A program made the translations under genes and the position numbers. The notes under the pieces were generated by a model that saw only the letters and a list, made by a program, of their open reading frames with translations, was not told the DNA's origin and ran no database searches. DNA of 50,505 nucleotides, taken from the IMG/VR virus record IMGVR_UViG_3300049165_000088, positions 1-50,505 of that record, one strand, 5' to 3'. The DNA is from a virus (lineage: Duplodnaviria > Caudoviricetes). How positions within the stretch are numbered: position 1 is the stretch's first letter; the number at the start of each line of letters is the position of its first letter. Below are positions 33,127 through 43,260 of this stretch, one piece after another.

Positions 33127-34290
33127 TTACCTCGCTTCCAGTCGGCCGAGCCTGCGGCCCAGCTCTCGTACGAGACGTACGATCTGCGGATCGGATGTCG
33201 CCGAGGGGGATCCGACCAGCGACGTGACGTGCTCCCCGCTTCCGGGGGTGGCCTGTAGATGGATGGACCGCACCACGTCCGCCACTTCCAGACCCGTGGG
33301 CAGGGCGACCGTCACGCGGTCTCCGAGCCCGAAGTCGCGGCCGGCTTTCAGGTCTTCGGTGTCGACGGTGACTGTGGCGAGCTCGACCGGGGCGGCGCCG
33401 TCGGAGAGTGCTGCCGTGCCTTCCTGCGTCAGTTCGCCGGCGGTGTCGTCGTCGGCGCTGCCGCTGACGAGCTGCTCGACGCGCCACCAGGCGGCCGCCG
33501 CCGCAGCGTCGGCGATCTCGGTGAACTTGCGGTCGGCCGGTGCTTCGACCTCGGAGCCCTGCACCAGGGCGTGCGTGACGGTCGGTGCGGACTGCTTGTA
33601 GGTGATGGAGCGCAGGTTGCCCAGGCCCTCGCTGAAGCGGGCCGTGGCGGTGAGGTCGCGCGGCTGGTAGCAGCCGAACTTGATCTGCTGGCCGTCTTGG
33701 CGGGTACGGAACCCGATCGCGCCGCCGTCGACGGCGACTCGCCGGCAGGTGGCGAGCAGGCCCTCGAAGCGGGTGTTCACCGTCGTCGTGGTGCCGACGC
33801 CGGCGACGTCGTCGAGGACGAGGTGCGGGATCTGTCGAGCCGCCAAAGCGCCGGGCCCGCAGTTCAGGTTGACCAGCGTCCGGATGATCACCTCGGCGTT
33901 CGTGGCCGTGAGCGAGTACGAGGCGGTGTCGGGCTGCGCTGCCCACGTCGCGGCGGGGTTGGCCCATGTGAGGTAGCCGGCAGGCACGGCCAGATCGTCG
34001 CTGAACGCGACGGTGACCTGCCCCGGCGGCGCTTGGCCGTCGCTGCCGATGCCCCATGAATAGTCCTGCGTGATCTCCATCGGTCCGGCCGACCAGATCG
34101 CGCCGTCACGGATGACGACGAGCCGATGGCCGGGCTGCAGTTGGGCCATCACCTGCGGATGCGCGACCAGCTGGACAGAGCCGCCGCCCGGCTCGTTGAA
34201 GCGGCTCGTCACGTCGAGGGACAGCCAGTCGTTGATCGGGTCGCCTTGCACGATCAGGTCCCGGTCAGTGACGAGTAGCTGAATGGCCAC
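33127..34290 (-). CDS. Minor tail protein (ReqiPepy6 Gp37-like)
   Basis: RFNEPG...GRDFGLGDRVTV; follows the distal tail gene. Confidence 0.8.
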   Translation of the reverse strand: MAIQLLVTDRDLIVQGDPINDWLSLDVTSRFNEPGGGSVQLVAHPQVMAQLQPGHRLVVIRDGAIWSAGPMEITQDYSWGIGSDGQAPPGQVTVAFSDDLAVPAGYLTWANPAATWAAQPDTASYSLTATNAEVIIRTLVNLNCGPGALAARQIPHLVLDDVAGVGTTTTVNTRFEGLLATCRRVAVDGGAIGFRTRQDGQQIKFGCYQPRDLTATARFSEGLGNLRSITYKQSAPTVTHALVQGSEVEAPADRKFTEIADAAAAAAWWRVEQLVSGSADDDTAGELTQEGTAALSDGAAPVELATVTVDTEDLKAGRDFGLGDRVTVALPTGLEVADVVRSIHLQATPGSGEHVTSLVGSPSATSDPQIVRLVRELGRRLGRLEAR

Positions 34291-34305
34291 CGGGGGTGCA
34301 CCTCC

Positions 34306-35289
34306 TCACGCAGTCTCGTATCGGGGGCGGAAGGTGAGATCGACGGCCGACCCGATTCCGGAGCCGTCGAGCTGGAACGACACATCGTTGTCGCCCGGGT
34401 CCAGCCCCCACAGAACGGCGGCCGGCCAGTTCAGGGCCCCGACCCAGTTGGAGCCGTCCTCGTACCGGACCTGCGGAGGGTCGGTGCGCACCGTCACCTG
34501 CTCACCGGCGAGCAGGTTTCCGTGCCCCACAGCGGTCGGGTCCAGCTCGAACGACTCGCCTGTCCCCTCATGGGTGAAGGTCACCAAAGACGCCGGGCCG
34601 GTGATCGTCCACTCGGGCCACACCATCGTGTCGCCGGGATTGTGGACGGTCGTTGCGCCGAGGACCTGCGACGAACTCACGGACGGGAACGGCTGCAGGA
34701 AGTCCTCGCCGACGCCCTGCTCGCGGTGGACGACGATCGGCTGCGGGTCCACCCAGTAGGGATCCTCACACCACAGGGTGAGCACAGCGGCATCCGAGAT
34801 GACGCCGCTGCCCTTCTGCCCGCGGCCTTCGAAACCCTCCTGATAGAAGACGCGGACCTGACGTCGAGTGCCGTCCGGGCGGGCGACCTCCAGCACGCCC
34901 GGGGTACGCCGCCCGTCCGGCCCGAGGCGCAGCGTCCGCGTGAACGCGGTCGCCAGCTGCCGCCAGCGGTCCACGAACTGCAGGTGCGTGTCGCCGTACA
35001 CGTACAGCGGCCACACGACGGTGCGCGGCTGCGGCTGGACATGCCGCAGTCGTGCACCGCCCCGCGGCTGCGCGTCAGTCGTGAGTGCGTACCGGGTGGC
35101 GCCGAGCCCGGACACTCCGTCTGCGAGGGTGAACCATCCGGCACCCTCGTCGGTGAGCGGCCATCTCTTGCCTGTGGGGTCGGTGTAGACGACGGTGGCG
35201 ACACCGACCCCGGGGAGCGGAACCGGTGTGCCTCCGCCCGGCTGCCCGGGAGCGGGCGGGGCGATGACCGGCGCGGTAAACAGCGGCAT
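34306..35289 (-). CDS. Distal tail protein (Dit)
   Basis: CEDPYW...NPGDTMVWPEWTITGP...LWGLDPGDN; follows the tape measure gene. Confidence 0.8.
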   Translation of the reverse strand: MPLFTAPVIAPPAPGQPGGGTPVPLPGVGVATVVYTDPTGKRWPLTDEGAGWFTLADGVSGLGATRYALTTDAQPRGGARLRHVQPQPRTVVWPLYVYGDTHLQFVDRWRQLATAFTRTLRLGPDGRRTPGVLEVARPDGTRRQVRVFYQEGFEGRGQKGSGVISDAAVLTLWCEDPYWVDPQPIVVHREQGVGEDFLQPFPSVSSSQVLGATTVHNPGDTMVWPEWTITGPASLVTFTHEGTGESFELDPTAVGHGNLLAGEQVTVRTDPPQVRYEDGSNWVGALNWPAAVLWGLDPGDNDVSFQLDGSGIGSAVDLTFRPRYETA

Positions 35290-38200
35290 CTAGTGAGGCC
35301 TCCCCACCCGAGTAAGGGCGTCCTGCCGACGCTGCAGCAACTCCAGGTCCTCGACGGTCATGTCGAGCGTGCGCGGATAGAAGTTGTACGTGTCGCCGGA
35401 CCGAGGTTCGGCGAGCTGCCCGCGTACTGCGGGCACAACTGCCCGCGCCGCCGCAGGAATCTGCGGCGGCCGGGACCGGGCCATGCTCTGCGTCATCGAC
35501 GCGACGAGCTGCGCGCCGACCCGGCCGATCGACGTCCGGCTGTCGACGACCGCCGCGCCCGCGCCGGTCCGCATCAGCTCGGGCCCCTGCTCGCCGACCC
35601 AGAACGTCTCACCGGGTCGGGGCCGGCCGCCGCCCGAGTAGCCGAGCAGCGGCTCGGGGTTGATCGTGCGGCCACCCTTGCGTGCCTCGAAGTGCAGGTG
35701 CGGTCCGGTCGTGTTGCCGGTGTTCCCGACCGCGCCGATCCGCATGCCCTTCGTGACCCGCTGTCCGGAGCGCACAGCCATCGACGACAGGTGCGCGTAC
35801 ATGGACGACAGGCCACCGTGCCGAATGCTGATGTGGTTGCCGTACGGTCCGCCGCTGAGCACGGATTGCACGATGCCGTTCGCCGCCGCGCGGACCGCGG
35901 CGCCGGTCGGCGCGGGGAAGTCGGTGCCGGTGTGGTAGCCGGACGACCACATGTTGCCGCGGACGCCGTACCGGGTGCCGAGCCCTGCGGACACCGGGCG
36001 TGCCCACGAGCCGCCGCCCCCGCCGTCGCCGAAGAACGACGTCGCCGCATTGACGATCTTGTCTTTCAGACCGCCGAGCATCTTCCCCGGCACCCGCGCG
36101 AGGGTCTGCGCCCACGTCGAGGCGCCGATCTCCTTGACCTTGTCCCGGATGAACCCGGTCGCCTTCTCCCACATCTTCCCCGGGTCCGACAGGAAGTCGG
36201 CCGCGTCCATGACGAACCCGCCGACCTTCTTCGCCGCCCCTGACAGCCAGTCGCCGACGCCGCCGAGAATGCCGCCGTCCTCCATGAGGCGGGTGCCGGC
36301 CGCCGCGTGCAGGGCGAGCGCACGGCTGCGGTACTTCGGATCGGTCGGGATGACGAACTCGGGGTGCCGCGGGTTGCCTTCGCCGACGATCGCTGTCGGC
36401 CGGTTCGTCATCATCGGCCGGGCCGGGCCCCACCCGTTGCCGACGGTGCCGCCGGCCTCGAGCATCTTCGGCGCCGCGGGCAGCTTGCCGAGTCCGACGA
36501 ACCCGGCGACCTTGTCCCACACCGCCTTGATTCCCTTGGTGTAGACCCACTCGATGATGAAGTTCACGGGCTTCTTCGCGATCCCGCTGACCTTGTCCCA
36601 GGCTTTGCCGATCGCCGTCTTCGCGACCTCGAAAGCGTCGCCGACCAGGGCGACCGCCCTCTTCACGTTGTCGAACGCGGGTCGGATCGCCTTGTCGTAC
36701 AGCCACGACGCCTTGTCGCCGATCCAGCCGAACACGGGCTGTACGGCGTTCTTCCACAGCCATGACGCCTTGTCGCCGACAGCCTGAACGCCGAGCTTGA
36801 TCAGGTCGAACGCAGGCTTGATCCAACTCAACCACAGAGTCTTGGCCTTGTCGCCGATCCACCCGAACACGGGCGAGAACACGCTCGACCACAGCCACGA
36901 CGCGACCGCGCCCACACCTCGGATGATCAGCATGACACTGTCGAAGGCGGGCTTGATCGCTTTGCCGTACAGCCATCCCGCGCCCGCTCCGATCGCTGTG
37001 AACACCGGCGAGAGGACGGTGCCCCACAGCCAGGTAGCGATCGCGCCGATCGCCTTGAACGCGATCACGAACGGGACGATCAGCACGGTCGCGACGATCG
37101 CGAACAGAATTTTCGCTCCGAACCCGATCGCGGAGAACACAGGTGAGAGGACGTTGCCCCAGAGCCACGACGCTGCGGTGCCGATCGCCGTCAGCCCGAC
37201 CATGAGTCCGTCGAACCCGGGCTTCAGGGCGTTGGTCCACAGGACGTCCCAGCCCGCTTTGATGCCCGCCCACGCGGTCTGCACGATCGCCCGGAATGTG
37301 TCGGACTTGTTGTAGGCGACGACGAGCAGGGCGACGAACGCCGCGATACCCACAGCGATCAGCGCGATCGGGTTCGCGGCCATCACCGCGTTGAACACGC
37401 CCTGTACGACCGTGTACGCGCGGGTCGCCGCAGACGCCGCGAGGATCGCCCCCCGGTAGATCGAGAACACGGCGGCCGTCGCCGCCGTGGCGATCGCGTT
37501 CGCGGACAGCACGAGCGTCAGACCGCCGACCAGGACACCGAGCGGGATGAGCCACGCCCCGTACTCCTTCAGCCACCCGACCGTGCCGGAGAACGCGGAA
37601 CCGACACTCTTCACCGCGGGCACCAGCACGCCCACGGCTGCGCCGCCGACCCGCTGTAGCGGCGGCAGCACGTCGGTCAGCAGCGACGAGCCGAACCGTC
37701 CGAACGCCGGCAGCACGTACGTGTCGGCGAAGTTCGCGAGGCCCTGCAGCGCCTGCCGCTTGAACACCTCGAAGTCGTTCGTCGCCGTGTCGTGCAGCTT
37801 CTTGCCCATCTTGTCCGCCGCGCCGCCAACCTTGCCGAGACCGGCCGCCGCCGTCGATGGGTCCATCGCATACAAGGCGGCGCCCAGATCCTCGGACTGC
37901 GTGCCGAACAAAGCGACCGCCGCGGCGTTCTGCTTCACCGGGTCCTTGATGCCGCGCAGCTTGTCGAGGGTCAGGTCGAGCACGCCGTTCGCCGCGCTGC
38001 CGCCCTTCGCGAACTTCGTCGCCATGTCGTCGGCCGACAGCCCCAGCATCTTGAAGCCCTCGGCGCTGGTCTCCGAACCGTCGATCGCCCGGATCGAAAA
38101 TTCCTTGATCGCGTCGGCGGCGATGTCACCGTCACGAGCACCCGCGGCCAGTGCCTGAGTGATCAGCCCGACCGCCGTCGCCCCGTCGAGCCCGGCCTTG

Positions 38201-38832
38201 CGGAACTGCGTGCCGTACTCGTTCAGGGTGTCGAGGAAATCCTCGCTCTTGTCAGCACCCTTCTGGAACCCGAGCGTGATCAGATCGAACGCTTCCGTGC
38301 CGTTCTTCGCGAGCCCGGTCTTCATCATCTGCCCGGCAGCCCGCGCGGCCTCGGTGACGCCGACGTCGAACGTCTCCGCAAGGTTCAGGGCCGACTTGGA
38401 CAGCGTGACGAGATCCTTCTTCGGCGCGTTGACCGCCGCGACCCCGTTCTGCGCCAGCCCCCGCAGCGCCTCGTTGACCTGGTCGATGCTCTCGCCGTAG
38501 CCCTTGCCGAACACGCTGCCGGCGACCTTGCCGAGCCGGGCCGACTCCTTCGCCGTCAGCCCGAGCTGCGCGCCCAACTTCGCGTTGGACTTGTCCTGCG
38601 CGGCCGCCTCGGCGAACCCGACCGCGAACGCGACGCCGGCCGCCGCGGCGACACCCGCGACGCCCGCCTTCAGTACGCCGCCGATACCGCCGAGGAAACC
38701 GCGGCCGGACTCCTGCCCGGCCGCGGTCCCTGCCTGCTCAGCCTCGCCGGACAGTTGCTGATCGAGCAGCCGGCCGAACCCCCGGGTTTCGGGCACGATG
38801 CTGACGTATCCGACACCGACCTCGACCGGCAT
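35290..38832 (-). CDS. Tape measure protein with C-terminal M23 peptidase
   Basis: 1180 aa Ala/Gly-rich, periodic Trp/Phe; HTGTDF...YAHLS...TGPHLHFE. Confidence 0.93.
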   Translation of the reverse strand: MPVEVGVGYVSIVPETRGFGRLLDQQLSGEAEQAGTAAGQESGRGFLGGIGGVLKAGVAGVAAAAGVAFAVGFAEAAAQDKSNAKLGAQLGLTAKESARLGKVAGSVFGKGYGESIDQVNEALRGLAQNGVAAVNAPKKDLVTLSKSALNLAETFDVGVTEAARAAGQMMKTGLAKNGTEAFDLITLGFQKGADKSEDFLDTLNEYGTQFRKAGLDGATAVGLITQALAAGARDGDIAADAIKEFSIRAIDGSETSAEGFKMLGLSADDMATKFAKGGSAANGVLDLTLDKLRGIKDPVKQNAAAVALFGTQSEDLGAALYAMDPSTAAAGLGKVGGAADKMGKKLHDTATNDFEVFKRQALQGLANFADTYVLPAFGRFGSSLLTDVLPPLQRVGGAAVGVLVPAVKSVGSAFSGTVGWLKEYGAWLIPLGVLVGGLTLVLSANAIATAATAAVFSIYRGAILAASAATRAYTVVQGVFNAVMAANPIALIAVGIAAFVALLVVAYNKSDTFRAIVQTAWAGIKAGWDVLWTNALKPGFDGLMVGLTAIGTAASWLWGNVLSPVFSAIGFGAKILFAIVATVLIVPFVIAFKAIGAIATWLWGTVLSPVFTAIGAGAGWLYGKAIKPAFDSVMLIIRGVGAVASWLWSSVFSPVFGWIGDKAKTLWLSWIKPAFDLIKLGVQAVGDKASWLWKNAVQPVFGWIGDKASWLYDKAIRPAFDNVKRAVALVGDAFEVAKTAIGKAWDKVSGIAKKPVNFIIEWVYTKGIKAVWDKVAGFVGLGKLPAAPKMLEAGGTVGNGWGPARPMMTNRPTAIVGEGNPRHPEFVIPTDPKYRSRALALHAAAGTRLMEDGGILGGVGDWLSGAAKKVGGFVMDAADFLSDPGKMWEKATGFIRDKVKEIGASTWAQTLARVPGKMLGGLKDKIVNAATSFFGDGGGGGSWARPVSAGLGTRYGVRGNMWSSGYHTGTDFPAPTGAAVRAAANGIVQSVLSGGPYGNHISIRHGGLSSMYAHLSSMAVRSGQRVTKGMRIGAVGNTGNTTGPHLHFEARKGGRTINPEPLLGYSGGGRPRPGETFWVGEQGPELMRTGAGAAVVDSRTSIGRVGAQLVASMTQSMARSRPPQIPAAARAVVPAVRGQLAEPRSGDTYNFYPRTLDMTVEDLELLQRRQDALTRVGRPH

Positions 38833-38838
38833 GCGGGA

Positions 38839-39330
38839 TCACCTCTCCCCGGGCAGTACCTGCCTCTTGATGTGCTCGAACGCGGTGCGCGCCCGTGCCC
38901 GCTTCACCTCGGGGTCCGCGGGCGGGTCGGGCAGCGGATCACCGGGCCGCCACGACGCCTTGGGCCATGGCTGCTCAGGAGTTTTCGGATCCCGGTTGGC
39001 GTTGCAGAACGCGACGAGCAGCAGCTCGAGCAGATCCCGCGTGTCCGCACGGTGGTAGTCGCCTGTCTGCCAGTGGTGTCCGGCCGCCGCACGGGCGGAC
39101 GCCCCATCAGGCGGCAGGCCCTCGACCAGGACCCGCAGCATCCGCAGCGTGATCTCGCCCCGCCAGTACGCCGCCAGCGGCCCACCGGGGCCATGCCCGG
39201 GATAGTGGTGGGCGAGGTCGGCCTCGACCGCCTCGGGATGGTCGCCTAGGACGTCGAGAACGCTGTACGTGACGAGCTGTTGCTCGTCGCCCTGGTCGTC
39301 GTCTACCGCCTCGGCGGACGGTGCTTTCCC
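38839..39330 (-). CDS. Tail assembly chaperone, -1 frameshift extension (gpT-like)
   Basis: -1 frame open from GGGAAAG (39324-39330) through AVEADLAHHY...LRVLVEGLP to the stop at 38839. Confidence 0.8.
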   Translation of the reverse strand, partial: GKAPSAEAVDDDQGDEQQLVTYSVLDVLGDHPEAVEADLAHHYPGHGPGGPLAAYWRGEITLRMLRVLVEGLPPDGASARAAAGHHWQTGDYHRADTRDLLELLLVAFCNANRDPKTPEQPWPKASWRPGDPLPDPPADPEVKRARARTAFEHIKRQVLPGER

Positions 39331-39626
39331 ACCGTGTCCTGCGCCTCGCTACGCGCCGCCATGTAGACGAGCATCAGCCCGTTCGCGTCGCCGCCGGACT
39401 TCACGTAGTCGTCCCACTGGTCGCCAAGCAGCACGCGCGCCTTGCCGAGGTCGCCGGCCGCTGCTTCGAGCCGCTCGTTCGTGTCGTCGTCGGCGAACAG
39501 CGGGTGCGGGAACGTCCACACCTTCCCGTCGTCGGTCTCGACTTCGACCTGCTCGCCGCCGACCGCTTCGGCGTACGACGCCTTGACCTGAGACAGCTTG
39601 AACCGAGACTTGTTGGGCTTGCTCAT
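39303..39626 (-). CDS. Tail assembly chaperone (gpG-like)
   Basis: Between major tail and tape measure genes; ends ...VGKHRPPRR across the slippery site. Confidence 0.82.
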   Translation of the reverse strand: MSKPNKSRFKLSQVKASYAEAVGGEQVEVETDDGKVWTFPHPLFADDDTNERLEAAAGDLGKARVLLGDQWDDYVKSGGDANGLMLVYMAARSEAQDTVGKHRPPRR

Positions 39627-39728
39627 GATCGTGTCTTCTTCCTTGGGTGAGCTGCGGGTGAGCATTCGAGGACGGGAGACGGTGGGGCTCACCCAGAACC
39701 GCCGTCCCCCGCCCGATCAGGGGGTCGG

Positions 39729-40361
39729 TCAGGTGAGGGCACGCCAGCCGACGCCGTCGACCCAGTTGCGGCACGACGTGCCGTATGCGCTGTCGCGGTA
39801 GGCGGTGACCGTGAGCGGCTTCTGCGTCTCGGTCGACCTCGCCCACTGCTCGTTATCCTTCGACGTGACCAGCGCCCGCGGGAAGTACTTGACGACGTAG
39901 ATCTCCCCGCCGTCGTCGGTGTAGTCCAGACCGATGAACAGCAGACGCCGGTACCGCTTCGCCGGGGTCGAGTCCCGGTCCCACGTCCACGCGGTGCCGA
40001 CCGCGGGCAGAGCGCCCGTGCCGGCGAGCGGCAGTCCGTCGTACAGGGCTGTGGTGACCGCGTTCGTCTCCTGCGGGGAGAACTGAGCAGTGACCACATC
40101 CGACTCGACGTCGGACCGGGTCGGCTCGACCGACTGCGACGACGTCACGTCCGTCATGGACAGGTCCGACGCGAACGTCAGCCCGTCGTCGGTCGTGTAT
40201 CCGACCGGTAGGTACTCGGCAGGGATCGCGGCGAGCGTCCCGTCGAGCTCGGTGAACGGGGCCGTGATCGCGGCCGCGGAGTAGTCGGCCGCGAACACGG
40301 CCTGGACCAATTGCTTGCGGATCAGTTCCGTCCGCAGCCCGGTCTCGATGGGTGTCGACAT
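39729..40361 (-). CDS. Major tail (tube) protein
   Basis: VGYTTDDGLTF...SQSVEPTRSD; size and position. Confidence 0.82.
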   Translation of the reverse strand: MSTPIETGLRTELIRKQLVQAVFAADYSAAAITAPFTELDGTLAAIPAEYLPVGYTTDDGLTFASDLSMTDVTSSQSVEPTRSDVESDVVTAQFSPQETNAVTTALYDGLPLAGTGALPAVGTAWTWDRDSTPAKRYRRLLFIGLDYTDDGGEIYVVKYFPRALVTSKDNEQWARSTETQKPLTVTAYRDSAYGTSCRNWVDGVGWRALT

Positions 40362-40427
40362 GCTGGGTCCTTCCAAAGCGAGAGCCCCCGGCCACGGGCG
40401 CGGGGGCGGGCTGTCAGATGAGCCGTG

Positions 40428-40829
40428 TCAGGTCAGGCGCTTGCCACGGATCGACACCTCGACGGCGAACGCGTACCGCGGCGCGGCGGTTTCGGCGTCG
40501 GGCAGGTAGTTCGGCCCGCCGACCTCGGCGACGTCGTACGCGACCGCGCCACGCCAGCCGGGCACCGCGAGCGCGAGCGCCCGGATCACCTTGACCAGGT
40601 CGGCCGCCTGCTCTTCCGTGCCGCCCCAGCAGTGCACATCCAGCCGGGGCCGGTCGGTGATCCGGTCGAGCCGGGCACCGCCGATCCGCTCGACGCGCAC
40701 GAACCGGGCCGGTCGCGGCGACGGGACGCGGGTGCCGACCGGCACCGGGTCACCCCGGGCCGTCATCGTCTCCCGCAGGTACCGGGCGAAGATCTCGACG
40801 CTGTCGGGGAATTCGACCGCCTCAGCCAT
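40428..40829 (-). CDS. Tail terminator protein
   Basis: VGTRVPSPRPARFVRVERIGG...LDVHCW; position. Confidence 0.75.
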   Translation of the reverse strand: MAEAVEFPDSVEIFARYLRETMTARGDPVPVGTRVPSPRPARFVRVERIGGARLDRITDRPRLDVHCWGGTEEQAADLVKVIRALALAVPGWRGAVAYDVAEVGGPNYLPDAETAAPRYAFAVEVSIRGKRLT

Positions 40830-41106
40830 CGCCGCCGTCCTCGCGGGCCGCGTCCAGACTGGCGAGCAGCGCCCGCCGCGACACTTCGAGATCGCCGGTC
40901 GAGTAGTCGCCGATCACCGCGCCGCGTACCCGCTTGTCGCCGGTCTCGACGTCCGTACGGAACTGCCCGTCCGCCTCGCTCGCGGCCGCTGCGGATCGTG
41001 CGGCGGCGCGGGTCTTCCGCTCGATCAGATCGCGGGTGCCATCGCTCTTGAGGAACGAGACGATGCCGGCCCGGTTCGGCCGCACTCGGAAACCCCCACG
41101 GGCCAT
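40822..41106 (-). CDS. Head-tail joining (neck) protein
   Basis: Position; NRAGIVSFLKS. Confidence 0.65.
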   Translation of the reverse strand: MARGGFRVRPNRAGIVSFLKSDGTRDLIERKTRAAARSAAAASEADGQFRTDVETGDKRVRGAVIGDYSTGDLEVSRRALLASLDAAREDGGDG

Positions 41107-41110
41107 ACGA

Positions 41111-41476
41111 TCATCCCTCCACAGACTTGAGCCGGATCTCGTAGTGGTGCAGCTCGGTCGGCGTGTATGCCGGACCGGCCGGACCGATCACCTCGAAGTC
41201 GGCGCCGTTCCAGTGCACTCGGGCGTTCCCGAACACGGTGAGCGGAGCCCCCTCGACCGTGTGCGGGTTGCAGAGCATCAGCCACTCGCCGATCTGCGCG
41301 TCGCGCTGGTCGGTGTCCTCGGCGCCGGTGTTCTGCTGCAGCCACGCCGCGACGTCGTGGTGCGTCGACGCCGTCCAGTCGACGACTTCGTTTCCGTACC
41401 GGTCTGTCGACGTGCCCGGGTTCTCGACGTCGACCAGGTGCGGCAGCAGCTCGTCGGCGATCACGGCCACCCCCAC
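41111..41476 (-). CDS. Head-to-tail stopper
   Basis: DRYGNEVVDW...FEVIG...HHYEIRLKSVEG. Confidence 0.78.
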   Translation of the reverse strand: MGVAVIADELLPHLVDVENPGTSTDRYGNEVVDWTASTHHDVAAWLQQNTGAEDTDQRDAQIGEWLMLCNPHTVEGAPLTVFGNARVHWNGADFEVIGPAGPAYTPTELHHYEIRLKSVEG

Positions 41477-41871
41477 GAGCCAGCCGGGTCCTCAACCCAC
41501 CCGCGCGTCCCCGGATTGAGGTCGAGCGAATAGGCGGCGTCCGCATCCGGGTCGAGGACCTCGGGCGGCGACAGCTGCTCGATCTCCGCGTCGGTCAGGT
41601 ACAGGCCGCCAGCCTCGCCGAGCGTCTCGGCGTACTGCCCGATGGTGCGCTGACGGTACCCGCCGGGGTTGGCCATCACCCGGCGGGTCACCGCGACCGC
41701 GATCGCCGTGAGCGTGTCCTCGTCCGGCGTGTAGCCGTCCGGGATGTGCCGGCGCATCAGGGCCGACGCGTCCGCGAGGTACGCCTCGACCTGCGCCCGC
41801 CGCGCGCTGTCGACGGCGAGCGTGACGGCGGCGCGTGCTTCGTAGTCCTCGACCGTCGCGTACGCCGCCAT
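41461..41871 (-). CDS. Head-to-tail adaptor
   Basis: YATVED...LADAS...RVMANPGG...GLYLTDAE. Confidence 0.8.
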   Translation of the reverse strand: MAAYATVEDYEARAAVTLAVDSARRAQVEAYLADASALMRRHIPDGYTPDEDTLTAIAVAVTRRVMANPGGYRQRTIGQYAETLGEAGGLYLTDAEIEQLSPPEVLDPDADAAYSLDLNPGTRGWVEDPAGSWGWP

Positions 41872-41875
41872 CCCG

Positions 41876-42202
41876 CTACTCCTCCCGCTCGATCACGCCG
41901 CGCTCTTCGAGCAGGGCGACGATGTCGTCGCGGCTCGCGTCCTCGTCGACCTCGACGTCGTGCTGCTCGGCGAACGCCTTCCACGCCTCGACCCCGGAGC
42001 CACGACCGGACCGCGGCGGCGCCTCGACGTCGTCCTGCCCGCCGCCGCCCGGGTCCTGCTCGGACTCGACGACCTGGTCGCTGTCGTCGTCCGCCCACGC
42101 GTGTTCGCCGATTCGCTTGGCGACATCCGCGGGCACCTCGTCGCCGGGCCCGTACGCGACCCCGCCGACATGCACATACGCGATCAGCCTGCGCTCGCTC
42201 AT
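41876..42202 (-). CDS. Capsid-adjacent hypothetical protein
   Basis: YGPGDEVP...; C-terminal PPRSGRGS...W..FA...RDDIV. Confidence 0.7.
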   Translation of the reverse strand: MSERRLIAYVHVGGVAYGPGDEVPADVAKRIGEHAWADDDSDQVVESEQDPGGGGQDDVEAPPRSGRGSGVEAWKAFAEQHDVEVDEDASRDDIVALLEERGVIEREE

Positions 42203-43245
42203 GCCAGCACCTGCGCCTTCAGCGTCAGGTTCGGCTCACGCAGAACCGGCAGACCAACCGCGGCCCCGTGAGTCCAGACCCTGACCGGGTCCTTCGTCTT
42301 CCACTGCGCGGCCACGATGCCCGGCTGCTCGCCCGCCTGCAGCCCGTACTCCTCTTCGAGGGACTCGGCGGTCGTGCCGAGCAAGGTCGCCCCGAGGTCG
42401 GTCGGTGCGCCCGCCGTCGTCGCGCCCGGCTCGGGCAGCATCACGATCGAGTTCCCCGGAGTGATACGGGTGGCGACGCCGTCGACCTTCACCCGTGCGT
42501 CGTACGTCTCGATCGCCGGCAGGTTCAGCGACCGCAGGATCGAGTTGACCTGCTCGCCGTTGAGCATCGGCGCCGTGCCAGCCGGAGCCAGCGGGTACGC
42601 CTGCCTGATCATCTGCTCGCACATCGCGAGGTTCTCGACGACCGCCGTCGGGGCGAGGATCACAGCCGGGGTCTCCCCGTTGGTGTCCTCATAGGTGTTC
42701 TTCCACGCCCGGAGGTCGTTGATCGGGGTGGCGTTCGCGTGATCCGTCCACAGGGTCGCGGCGACGACGGAGTGCGTGCCGAGCCGACCGAAATCGACGG
42801 TGGTCTGCAGCTCGGGCACCTCGGCCGTGGCGTTCACCAGCGCACTGCCGCGGGCGACCTCGAACCGCGCGCTGATGTTCCGGGCGATGCGCTGCGCGTC
42901 CCGGGCGATGAACGGCAGCGCGTCCTCGCGCTTGTTGGTCCGCATACGCAGCCGGTCGTACTCGTTCAGCGGGATCTTCTCGGAGATGGGCGGCAGTTCA
43001 CCCATGACCTTGCCGATCCCCTCACGGCGGCCGATCTTCGACTCGGCGTCCCACGCCCGGTACGACGCGGTCTCGGCGAGCCCGCCGCCGCCCTTGACGA
43101 ACTCGTACACGATGTCGTCGACCTCGACGTTCGGCAGCCACCGCGACAGCGTGAAGCGGTTCACCTGCAGATCGGCGAGCGCTGCACGGATCAGTCCCGT
43201 GAGCTGCGTCGGCTCGATGAATTCGGTGTTCAGTACCCAGCTCAT
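42199..43245 (-). CDS. Major capsid protein (capsid E-like)
   Basis: 348 aa after the decoration gene; ELPPIS, VDFG, W...ATPINDL. Confidence 0.88.
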   Translation of the reverse strand: MSWVLNTEFIEPTQLTGLIRAALADLQVNRFTLSRWLPNVEVDDIVYEFVKGGGGLAETASYRAWDAESKIGRREGIGKVMGELPPISEKIPLNEYDRLRMRTNKREDALPFIARDAQRIARNISARFEVARGSALVNATAEVPELQTTVDFGRLGTHSVVAATLWTDHANATPINDLRAWKNTYEDTNGETPAVILAPTAVVENLAMCEQMIRQAYPLAPAGTAPMLNGEQVNSILRSLNLPAIETYDARVKVDGVATRITPGNSIVMLPEPGATTAGAPTDLGATLLGTTAESLEEEYGLQAGEQPGIVAAQWKTKDPVRVWTHGAAVGLPVLREPNLTLKAQVLA

Positions 43246-43260
43246 CTAGGTCACTCCCTC

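Noticed and set aside
36580-37270. Periodic repeats inside the tape measure gene
   Set aside because: Ordinary Trp/Phe-spaced helical repeats of tape measure proteins.
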